DNA of 37,832 bases. It comes from Nemertoderma westbladi. Taxonomy: Eukaryota > Animalia > Xenacoelomorpha. Made by a program: the position numbers and the translations under genes. This document shows, in pieces, positions 1 to 8,938 of the stretch. Numbering within the stretch: position 1 is the first letter of the stretch; each line of letters starts with the position of its first letter. The notes beneath the pieces are model-generated. The model was not told the origin of the DNA, ran no database searches, and saw only the letters and a program-made list of their open reading frames with translations. The DNA lies in NCBI GenBank assembly GCA_032718475.1, contig JAUCBJ010008752.1:1-37832 (forward strand), given 5' to 3'.

Positions 1-13
1 AGTTAAAGGATAT

Positions 14-245
14 ATGCCCTTTATAATTAAACCTACCAGTGTACGACTAAAAAGCAGTACAGCACAAAATATTTATAAGCCGTTCTTTCTTTGGCTCAAG
101 ACTGAATGAAAACACTGCACATAGGCATTGCGTCATTTCTCGGAAATTCTCTGTACAAGGAGCCACAAAAACGCTCTCATTGGCTGACTGAGCTGAGAGA
201 CGCCGTAGAACAAAGGAAATCAACACGTATGAATGTCAGCTGTTA
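14..245 (+). repeat. Diverged dispersed repeat copy, similar to ~2058-2300; probable non-autonomous DNA transposon remnant
   Basis: Collinear blocks shared with 2058-2300: ctttataattaaacctaccagtgt ~ ctctataatttaagcctactaatgt; gccgttctttctttggctcaagac ~ gccgttgttcctggcctagac; aaaaacgctctcattggct ~ aaaaatcgctctgattggct. Alignment by eye; boundaries approximate. Confidence 0.4.
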
Positions 246-486
246 ACCGTAGTCATAGTAACTACTGTTCAAGAGTAGCTATCACTCCTTTGCGTCACAA
301 ATTGCCATAGAATCATAAAATATACCTTTCACAATACACATACGGAGGAAATAAGTCTTAGATCCTCTAAAAACACCGATACAGTAATAATACGGTCTCT
401 TACACTTATTAAATCAACTACAGAGTATTTTAATGTAAAAGATAATAAAAATAACGGGGCAATTCAGCAAAGGCTTTTACAACCAC

Positions 487-1006
487 CAAGCCTAAATAAA
501 CTACTGTATGTGCAGATTCCAAAACGGTTAGTTAGTATGCGTCCTAACACGGTAGTACGACTTATTCTTTAAGAGGGGATTGACCTTACAGCTATGGCTG
601 CCCCAACTTACTAACTGGCACTTTATCAGACAAACTCTACACAAGCAGCAATCTCTTCAGACCTAATAATAGCTAGACAACAATCCAGCCTACAAAGTAT
701 CTGAATAATAACTATTACGGTACCTGAACAGACCACACAAACAAACACAGGCCAAAACGCTGGCAGAGTACTGTCAAGCCTAAATAAACTACAGTATGTG
801 CAGATTCCAAAATTGTTAGTTAGTATGCGTCCTAACACGGTAGTACGACTTATTCTTTAAGAGGGGATTGACCTTACAGCTATGGCTGCCCCAACTTACT
901 AACTGGCACTCTATCGGACAAACTCTACACACGCCGTAATCTCTCCAAACCCAACAACAATCCGACAACAGTCCGGCCTACAATTATCTGAACAATCTGA
1001 ACAGAC
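487..1006 (+). repeat. Tandem duplication, period 288 bp (copy 1 487-733, copy 2 775-1006)
   Basis: caagcctaaataaactac(t/a)gtatgtgcagattccaaaa...gtagtacgacttattctttaagaggggattgaccttacagctatggctgccccaacttactaactggcact occurs at 487 and 775. The first ~140 bp are near-identical and the 3' parts are more diverged; both copies end in ctgaacagac. Confidence 0.92.
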
Positions 1007-2057
1007 TTACACGTCTTCAGCTCAATATTAACTTACTAGGAAATAAAACTGACAGAAATAAGTAAACTATACAAAAGAATGAGGGGTGATCAATCCCTAT
1101 TCCCCTGGCAGCCTACAATATACAATAGATCACAATCGAAATAATACTAATGTACTTGTGCTGGAAGTACCGGTTAGGACAGTTGGGCCTACAGACCTAC
1201 AGAAGTACCGGTTCAGGTTTACCGGTCGACCGGTACTTTCAACTTTATTGTTTACTGCAATAAAGTCAATGACTGTTATTGTACGCGCTTTTGAAGACCT
1301 TTAGCAGTTTAACCTGCCAAAATTTATATGTCTTTTGGTTTATAAATATACTTTAGAAGATGACAAATATTTAATACCAATAAACACAACATTAGCAGAA
1401 GCCAGCCTAGTGCGCGTCCATTCACCCGCTGGATATTCCCGGGAGACTGGATTCTGGGGGCTTAGATTATTATTGCAGTGTAAGCTTACTGTACTGTATT
1501 ATTCGATTGATCATTAATAATTAATTTCTGACTAATATTATTCACTTTCGGAAAATATTAACAGTTCCTTTAGGACGTGGCGCTCTATCTAAGTAAACAG
1601 AGATATGACTTATACTAATCACAACGGTAAGTCGGTAAGGCTTAAGATTCACGTATGAGGCGCATTCTTTAGGAAATGCTTAGTTATCAATCACAATCAT
1701 GCACACTACCGGTAACACACAATACTGTTCACTAATTTGCCGACCGTCAATGAATTTTATCATATATAAAGCGAACAGCAATTGACTCATGTAGGGCTTA
1801 TCAAATAGCATTAAATTCACTACAAACCACAATAATATAAGTCGCAATCGCTATATATAACCCGTCTCTCTAACCTGTAGTGTATCAAGAAAATTGGGAA
1901 ATTTGGGTTCTTTATATATGTTCTCCAAATAATGTTCAAGCAAACACAATAGTAAACAGCAGTATAATAATGTATATTGAACCGATAATATAAAAATAGA
2001 AACCAGTTGATATGAATTGAATTGAATTGTGATGCGTGAATTGATTTGATAACAGTC

Positions 2058-2300
2058 ATACGCTCTATAATTTAAGCCTACTAATGTTTCTTCTAAAAGT
2101 ATGAAACGCATTGACTCTAGAGCCGTTGTTCCTGGCCTAGACAGCAATAACAACAAAGTATCAAGCAAAAAACAGTAAGACTGAACACTCTCCTTATGAT
2201 CGACCGAAAAGCTACACGTCGACAGGAAAAATCGCTCTGATTGGCTCAAGCCAAACAAAGAACCATGCGTCCAATGGCTGTTTCCATGTCAGCAACCAGC
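2058..2300 (+). repeat. Diverged dispersed repeat copy, similar to 14-245
   Basis: Same three collinear blocks as the 14-245 feature, including the CTCTGATTGGCT motif. Confidence 0.4.
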
Positions 2301-2558
2301 TGGTAGATGTCGTAATATGAATCATCACGGCTAAGCTATGAAAGGTATTTGTCGCATTGCAGGTTTTTTGCCTTACCATGTCCGCTAAAACACGTATATA
2401 GCAGAATGACTTTTATGTCCGTTAAAACACCTGTAACGGTACCTTGCGGGCGAGGGGAATATATATACAGTTAGAGAACCTTTTTAGAGTATTCCAGCGC
2501 CTGGGGGGAAACTGGATTGCGAAGCAAAAGGGCCAGTTATATCCCACAGAAGCTTTTA

Positions 2559-3025
2559 CACGATCTGTACGTACTACTGTATATGTGGGACGCCGCCAAT
2601 ATCTTTTATTGTTTCTAGGAAGTAACCGGCCACTACAAAGGGGTCGTTATTAGTACTCGAACACTTAAGCCATAATATACGTCTACTGTAACCGTCGATT
2701 TCTCCATGAACAGCAAATCCAATTGGTTTTAATTTGTCCCACCCATCAACGTGCATGAGAAAGTTGGGACCCTTCGCCTGGTAAGTCCTGCGAACTAGTT
2801 TCCTAGAAATTCTAGTCTGTAAAGCTTCAGGATTGAAAATCTCCAATAAACTAGCGATGAGTTTTCGAGGGACGAATAATTTATGTTCATTAATTAATAT
2901 TTGCTGGAGTTGTCTGTATCCACATGTAGGACGACTATTGGCTTCCTCCTCTACTGTATAATTGAAAGTGTTTGTTCGAATTGTTGAACATTTAGACGTC
3001 GTGATAGACCAAGGTTATGTACATA
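2559..3025 (-). pseudogene. IS3-like eukaryotic (IS3EU-type) DDE transposase / integrase-core pseudogene, 3' fragment
   Basis: Manual translation: YVHNLGLSRRLNVQQFEQTLSII^EEEANSRPTCGYRQLQQILINEHKLFVPRKLIASLLEIFNPEALQTRISRKLVRRTYQAKGPNFLMHVDGWDKLKPIGFAVHGEIDGYSRRILWLKCSSTNNDPFVVAGYFLETIKDIGGVPHI^VRTDR (^ = 5-bp insertion). GYR, GPN..HxDGxDKLKP, HGxIDGYSR.ILWL, TNNDP and GGVP..VRxD are integrase-core motifs of this family. The sequence is truncated after the second catalytic Asp and no catalytic Glu segment follows. The IS3EU assignment is recalled family knowledge, not a search result. Confidence 0.85.
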
Positions 3026-3545
3026 CAGTCCCAATCCCAATAAACATTAACTTGGTCGTTTTGGCGGCCAAAATGACCAAAATCGCCAAAAAAATGTAGT
3101 GTATTCCTATGGGCTACTTGGTCGTTTTGGCGAAGCGATTTAACTCGAATCAGCTCAATCCAGACAGCCCGTCTCCTTGGACATCCATTTGGTTGCTCTG
3201 ACTAAATGTCGGCTCGCTTTCATTTTTATTATTGACAGATTGTTAACTTACCTGGAGCTGAGTCGGGCCTTTCAGTTGTAGTAAAGACCACCCACTGAGG
3301 CATTGATACAGCACAGGCTAATACGTAATAAGGGAGTTAGTTGAATGCGGTTTTGTTAAAAGGAGGAGTATGTATAATAATCGGATTTTGTGTGTTATTA
3401 TTAGATAATCACTTCTCACCTTTTCCTTTGTGTAGCTTCAGTTTAAAGTCATTATGAAATGGCAACGTGTTCTGTATGAAGGCGTCCTAATTATAGTTTT
3501 ATAGTTAGAAGCTGGGTCTGTGACAGGGCGAGGGGTAGCTATTAA

Positions 3546-4393
3546 CCCTATTCCACCTGTGGTTGGGCAGAATCTGCCCAACACTTTTTATTTTTAGAAA
3601 TTCATGATGATGATTTTTATGTATTATTATGAAATTCATTGACTTTTCCTATAATTTAATTGGCTTTCTGATGGTTACAAAATATTTTTTTCATCATTTA
3701 TACTTTTTGTGCTATGGTGTGTTTTTCATATCATAGTCACATTTTTTTATTATAACATCTTTATTAGCCTAACTGGTAGAAAAGATAATCCCTGGTTGGA
3801 TAGTTCCCCTGGTCCACAAGCTAGAATACAACCAATTACGGTCCAGGACATTCACTTGGCTGGGTTGTAAAGTTAAATTCAAACACGAGATTGTCTACTG
3901 CTTGGATTAGTACACATCAATCACATTATTTTTTAATAACAAAATACTAAACTGACAGATAAGCAAGCAATAAGTCTACTAGGATAAAACAACAACCACC
4001 ATTGAAACCAGTATATTCCTAATGTAATACAGCAGACATAAACAGAGGTGAATAAATCTATTCAATAACAGCACCCCTGCAAGCAAAATTTACACTTGGG
4101 ATGTCTGGCAGAGTTAGGCAGACAGTGGTGTTGGGAGGAGTATGTATAGTATTATCTCATCTTTTTACTATAATGGGTTATCTTCATGATAATTAATTTA
4201 TATGGATATATTTTTTAAAATTATGAATATATAAAACTCAGAACAGATGCATTATATATTTTTCTATAAACCTGCGAAAATTTGGAAAGTTTTGATAAAA
4301 TTATCATTACTTTTTAGTGTATAATAAACTGTTGGGCATATTATGCCCAACCCCAGGTGGAATCTCGGACAAAAGAGCCCAGGTGGAATAGGG
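3546..4393. mobile_element. Non-autonomous piggyBac element (MITE), nested in the Tc1/mariner element
   Basis: TTAA at 3542-3545 and 4394-4397. Perfect 14-bp TIR CCCTATTCCACCTG / CAGGTGGAATAGGG. Asymmetric subterminal inverted repeat with palindromes GTTGGGCAGAATCTGCCCAAC (left) and GTTGGGCATATTATGCCCAAC (right). Confidence 0.92.
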
Positions 4394-4604
4394 TTAAATA
4401 GCGACACTCAGTCTCGAACGAGTTCGGTATACTGATGAAATTCAGATTAGACGGCGCGGCCTATTTCTAGTAGCTGGGTCTGAATTCGAGGGCGATAGTA
4501 ACTGAAAACATTATAATATCAGGCTCTGGCTCTGTGCTAACAGTCAACAGAGTCGGCATATTTGGGTGAATTTATGATGATGTAATTATTATTTATCGAG
4601 ACTT

Positions 4605-4849
4605 GGGGGGGGGGGGGGGGAACTGGACGCAAAACTCGCCTTGGCGAATTAATATCCAGCCTCAATGTTAAATTCTCAATTTAGGGAAAGGAGCAGGTTA
4701 TAGTGGCACGTTATTTTAACCAAAACAATAAATTAAACTTAAATGAACATTACAGTTTTATTTTTGAGAGTAATCATCTGTTATTTGCGTCAAATTTCCC
4801 CTGGAGAGTGATGAATTTTTATTGCGTCTAGACCCCCCCCCCCCCCCCC
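4605..4849. mobile_element. ~245-bp MITE-like element with G16/C17 termini, copy 1
   Basis: G16 (4605-4620) then aactggacgcaaa ... ttgcgtctaga then C17 (4833-4849). The body is collinear with 8539-8792 (ggcgaattaatatcc, gtggcac, aaccaaaacaataaa, gagtaatca, ctgttatttgcgtc.aatttcccctggaga). No clear target duplication. Confidence 0.75.
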
Positions 4850-5398
4850 TAACTGTATTTATGAGAGCATTTATATTATAGCGTACTAAACAGCTCAATA
4901 AAGAAAAATCTATGTAAAGTACTTTTCTCATATTTTAAAGAATTTTTACAAATTGAATATATGAACTTGTTATTTTTATTACCAATCGAATAGAATTAAA
5001 GTAAATAATTAATTATTACGCTGCAAGTGCTAGCACACTGCATATAACCTAAGTGACAGGTAAAGGTGTGTTAATTATTAGATTAGTAAAAAATATGTAG
5101 AAAATAATAAGTTAGGGCAGGCTCCTCACACTGCACTCTTACAGGCATGTTTACTACAGTGGAGAGCCCAGCCATTACTACACTGGAGCCTTTCTCTCTA
5201 CCTAAAGGTATAGAGAACTCTACATCAGCGCCAACATGCTGGGCTTTACTTACACTCAGCCTGTATTCACTGGCTGTGATTGACAAGCCAACGTGCCTCA
5301 GCAGTTCCTTTCATGAATACCGCAGTTTTTACTTGGCCATTTTGGTAATTTTGGCCGCCAAAACGACCAAGTTAATGTTTATTGGGATTGGGACTGTA

Positions 5399-5516
5399 TC
5401 GCCGAATAGTTCTATGAGATCGTATTATACTTTTCAAACAGCAATCGTGTGATCTCTTTATATGTGAAGCCATCCCAGAAAAAGTTTTGTATGACAGAGT
5501 GAATATCCAAATCCAT
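5399..5516 (-). pseudogene. 5' fragment of the same IS3EU-type transposase pseudogene
   Basis: ATG at 5516-5514 gives MDLDIHSVIQNFFWDGFTYKEITRLLFEKYNTIS, then a small frameshift to RTIRR, which joins YVHNLGLSRR at 3025 once the insertion is removed. It resembles the family's N-terminal G(F/Y)xYKEI...S.RT..RR.GLxRR helix-turn-helix-like region. Confidence 0.8.
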
Positions 5517-5655
5517 ATAAATTGCTAGTACTAAACACCTACACTATGATGCTAGACAGGAACATTACAATGTAAAAACATTTAAAAAACAAAATAATTT
5601 ATTGATTTAAAACAAAAGATGCAAATTATTTTAAGCATTTAAATGTACCCTGTAA

Positions 5656-5777
5656 TTTCACCCGGGTGATAAATGTTTTTCACCCGGGTGATAAATGTTT
5701 TTCACCCGGGTGATAAATGTTTTTCACCCGGGTGATAAATGTTTTTCACCCGGGTGATAAATGTTTTTCACCCGGGT
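5656..5777. repeat. 22-bp minisatellite (tcacccgggtgataaatgtttt) x ~5.5 with a palindromic core
   Basis: CCCGGG starts at 5661, 5683, 5705, 5727, 5749 and 5771. Each full unit contains the 12-bp palindrome TCACCCGGGTGA. Confidence 0.95.
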
Positions 5778-6740
5778 TAATGTACCTTTACTTTCGCTGT
5801 TTCGGGGCCAGTATTTAGTTAACCATATGCAACCAAGTGCGAACAAGTCCAACCTAGTGCCAGTTAGTCAAACCACGTGTCAGCGAGTGCAACCGGGTGC
5901 CAGTAGTAATTAATCTTAAGTCCAACCGGGCGGCCAGGTGTCAGTACAATAAAACAAGCGCTGTGGCGCATCCCGGGGCTGAAGAACGGTATTAGTACGT
6001 TTGAACGACACTAGCCAAACAATCCTGAAATCAGATAGAAACTGATAAAAATTGTTACCGGTACCGGTATATCAGTATTGTTAGGCCTACTGTTACTTAC
6101 TGGGCCTACTGTTAGTGTACTGTACTCGTGTACTGGGAAACTTATCGAGACTGAGGAGCGCGCTATTGAGTTTGCACAAAGCGTGGAGCTTCTCCCCCGA
6201 ACTCTACAACAAAATGGGCAACCAACCCTACGTCTTTGTCCTTTTCCGCCATTTCCGGGTTGTACTGCGCAATCTAAAATTACGCTGGTGAAGGACAGGG
6301 GATTCATGCGGCTTGTTTGGCGTTTGACACGACAGTTTTCAATATCTGTGCGAATATTTATTCCCTTAGCCTTCTCATTGCTGCTTCTATCAGTCTATAC
6401 TATGTTAGTGCCATATACTGCAGTACTGTCTGACTGTAGCAACCAACAACATTCTATAGCCCAGGTTGGTGGAAAAACAGTTCAAAAATAAATCACGGTT
6501 CCGTTAATCACGGTTAGATTTCCAAGCGGCGTCAAGAAGAGTTATGGTTAATAGGTACTGCACTGCTGGCTCATCCCGGGGCTGGCGGACACCGGCTGTC
6601 ACTCATCCTGGACCTGTCCTGCATTGTTTATTTGACAAAAGGTAGCGGCAGCCGTACTCTTTACATCACTTAGCTCTAAGTAGGCCTACCTGTCTTCAGT
6701 CTGCATGTGTGCTGTGCACTTCTTACTGGTCCGTCCTGTA

Positions 6741-7349
6741 TGGAATCCATCCAAAAAGTGCGCCGGATAGCGCGCCGACCAATTTTTATGCGCGCCGCGC
6801 GCCGATGCCATTTCGAAGAAAAACCCCGCGCCAACTAAATTTTTAAGCACGCCGATGCAATTTCGAAGAAACCCCGCGCCAACTAAATTTTTAAGCGCAC
6901 CACACATTGAAACAATTTTGAAGAGCGCCACGCCAATGCAAATTCAATTTTGAGGGCAGAGGGAGTGTAACCAATCTGTCAATGTCAGTCAGTACTGCTG
7001 TACCAGTCCCTGCTGCCCTATATCCGTATACAACAGTAGCCTAGCCACTGAACCATACAACAGAAAAAAAAAAGGCGAGCGAAGCGAGCCGAAATTTTTA
7101 AACAGCTAAATGCTGTTTTTAAGGCACTTATCCATAATTGTTAAACCTGTAAACTAACAAATCGGCGCCAGTTTTTATTTTTGGGAGCACCACGCGCCAA
7201 AGCTGAAAGCCGGCGCGCTTTACGATTTTCAAGCGCGCCACGCGCCAAGTCGGCGCGCTTTACGATTTTCGAGTGCGCCACGCGCCACATTGGCGCGATT
7301 TTATTGCAAAGTGCGCCGGATTAATCCGGCGCAAAGTGTATGGATTCCA
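6741..7349. mobile_element. GC-rich MITE-like element with imperfect TIRs and GCGCC subterminal repeats
   Basis: Left end tggaatccatccaaaaagtgcgccggat; right end reverse complement tggaatccatacactttgcgccggat. Many GCGCC/GGCGC words, internal direct repeats (~50 bp at 6801/6851, ~40 bp at 7212/7252) and a central ggcgagcgaagcgagccgaaattttt motif. No convincing TSD, so the superfamily is unassigned. Confidence 0.65.
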
Positions 7350-7380
7350 GTCTGCCGCAATGCCTAATCTTTAAAATCAC

Positions 7381-7492
7381 ATACGGATTATTCTCCATAG
7401 GAATCCATTACATACGCACATACGCGTATGTGCGTGCATACGGATACGGCAAATGCATACGGATACGAATACGGTGAAAAGTTATACCCCTA
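7381..7492. repeat. ATACG(G) motif cluster with a 22-bp palindrome; possible single end of a hAT-like element
   Basis: Repeated atacg(g) words and the perfect palindrome acgcacatacgcgtatgtgcgt (7414-7435). It ends in tataccccta (TAGGGGTATA on the minus strand), which resembles TAGGG hAT termini. No partner end was found. Confidence 0.4.
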
Positions 7493-7691
7493 ATTTTGGC
7501 TCAGATTAGAGGCCATTGTATTGTATTACACAGCATACAGACTGACAGAGCTACCCGGTAAAAGTGCCCTCTACACTGCTCTATACATACGTACCGGTAC
7601 AGTGCTTCCCGCTCCCGGCAGTTCGGTACCGTACCGGTAACATAAGAACCACTGTACATTGTAGGCCTGCCGTTACCACCAATACACTAAA

Positions 7692-8327
7692 ATGGAAACC
7701 TACGACGAACTAAAAGCCTCTCTAAAGGCTTTAATAAATAAAAAGTCGGGAATTGAGTCGGAGATTAAAGAACTCACGTCGGTTCTGGAATCCCAAGGTA
7801 ATGTAGGAATGCAGACAGCATTGGTAGACTCCGAGGGTTTCCCGAGGGCGGACGTCGACGTGTTCTCGGTAGTGACGACGAGACAGCAGATAAATCGACT
7901 ACAAAACGACCACAAAACGCTGATGCTTGACATCGAGGAACGCTTAAACGCGCTGCACCAGCGGGAACGGGAGGACAAGGAGTTCCGAGCGCATGTTAGT
8001 GTTCCCGTCCACGTTCCGCACCCTAGCGAGCCATTCCTCACCGTGGACGCGGTAGCCGAAGAGAGTCCGGCGGAGCGGGCCGGGTTGCTGCTCGGGGATC
8101 GGATCACTCAGTTCGGTTCCATTACGGCGGGGAACTTTGAAGAACTGCGTAACATCTCGGATGTTGTCGGTCACAGTCAGGGGAAGAGCGTTCCGCTTAT
8201 AGTGGTGCGTGGGGAACGTAAGGAGTTGGTCCATCTGTCATTAGTTCCTCAGCTGTGGAAGGGAAGGGGTTTGATTGGTTGTCTCATAAACATTATTAGT
8301 AAGTCTGAATCTGATTATGATAGATAA
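7692..8327 (+). CDS. PSMD9: 26S proteasome non-ATPase regulatory subunit 9 (p27/Nas2), proteasome base assembly chaperone; single exon
   Basis: 211-aa ORF. N-terminal coiled coil with the Nas2_N motifs GMQTALVDSEGFPRADVDVFSV..RQQI..LQNDHK.LM..IEERL..LH, and a C-terminal PDZ domain PFLTVDAVAEESPAERAGLLLGDRITQFGSI...LSLVPQLWKGRGLIGC. Strong Kozak context (aaaATGG) and higher GC than the flanks. Confidence 0.96.
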   Translation: METYDELKASLKALINKKSGIESEIKELTSVLESQGNVGMQTALVDSEGFPRADVDVFSVVTTRQQINRLQNDHKTLMLDIEERLNALHQREREDKEFRAHVSVPVHVPHPSEPFLTVDAVAEESPAERAGLLLGDRITQFGSITAGNFEELRNISDVVGHSQGKSVPLIVVRGERKELVHLSLVPQLWKGRGLIGCLINIISKSESDYDR

Positions 8328-8538
8328 TTGTAACTATAAGCCTACCGGTACCTTCCCTTATCTATTATTAGTTGTAACTATTTTTATATTATATTGTTAT
8401 TCATTAACATCAGTAAATCTATTAGTATTTCTATTCTACGAAACTGGGCGATGTTTTTTCTGGGTCTTTCTTTCACATTGGGATAATAGGGGTTACAGAC
8501 GATACCATCACCTGAAATAGTGTCCAAATTCGGTGACA

Positions 8539-8792
8539 GAGGGGGAAACTTGACGCAAATCCCATCTCGGCGAATTAATATCCTGCCTCAATGCTAAATT
8601 ATAAATTTAGGGGAATATATCAGGTTTCAGTGGCACTTATTATAACCAAAACAATAAACTGAAGTCAATATAACAACAAGTTACGGTTTTATTTTTTAAG
8701 AGTAATCAGCTGTTATTTGCGTCGAATTTCCCCTGGAGATTGAGGAATTTTATTGCGTCGAAAGTCCCGTCCCCCCCCCCCCCCCCCCCCCC
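8539..8792. mobile_element. MITE-like element with G/C-tract termini, copy 2
   Basis: gagggggaaacttgacgcaaat ... ttgcgtcgaaagtcccgt followed by C22 (8771-8792). Same orientation as 4605-4849, collinear with it and moderately diverged. Confidence 0.75.
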
Positions 8793-8938
8793 TTGATTGA
8801 ATTTGAAAATCAGGTTCTGATGGAAATTCTCGTACATTTTTATACAAAGTTTAACTAATCCGAAACATCAGCCAGGAGAAGTACATACAGGACAACATTT
8901 GAGAAATTTCAATTGAGAACTAAATCAATTTTGACTAA

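Larger units (their letters stand above)
3026..5396. mobile_element. Non-autonomous Tc1/mariner (pogo/Tigger-like) TIR element with TA target duplication
   Basis: 64-bp TIRs with 2 mismatches: 3026-3089 cagtcccaatcccaataaacattaacttggtcgttttggcggccaaaatgaccaaaatcgccaa, inverse at 5333-5396. TA lies at 3024-3025 and 5397-5398, and the termini are CAGT. Removing the element plus one TA restores the transposase frame (RTIRR-YVHNLGLSRR). No transposase ORF is seen inside. Confidence 0.9.

Noticed and set aside
3-332. Possible Kolobok-like element (TTAA-AGGATATAT ... atatacctttca)
   Set aside because: The right end is too degenerate and there is no matching TTAA target duplication.
626-2653. Short ORFs at 626-838, 1086-1304, 1335-1517, 1820-2059, 1851-2258 and 2444-2653
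   Set aside because: Mostly non-ATG starts, biased composition, located in repeats or AT-rich DNA, and no recognisable motifs.
2684-2690. Third TACTGTA inside the transposase
   Set aside because: It is in-frame coding sequence for the conserved DGYSR motif (ggt tac agt aga), so it is not a footprint. This shows the word can arise by chance.
5083-5452. ORFs 5147-5452 (+) and 5083-5286 (-) as a possible Tc1 transposase
   Set aside because: No DDE or HTH motifs, and the plus-strand ORF reads straight through the TIR into flanking DNA.
6011-6491. ORFs 6078-6491 (+) and 6011-6307 (-), and a short minus-strand ATGGCG start at ~6252
   Set aside because: No recognisable domain, they overlap each other, and the ATGGCG frame stops after 29 codons.
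7700-8234. Minus-strand ORFs 7700-8107 and 7944-8234
   Set aside because: They are antisense shadows of the PSMD9 coding sequence.
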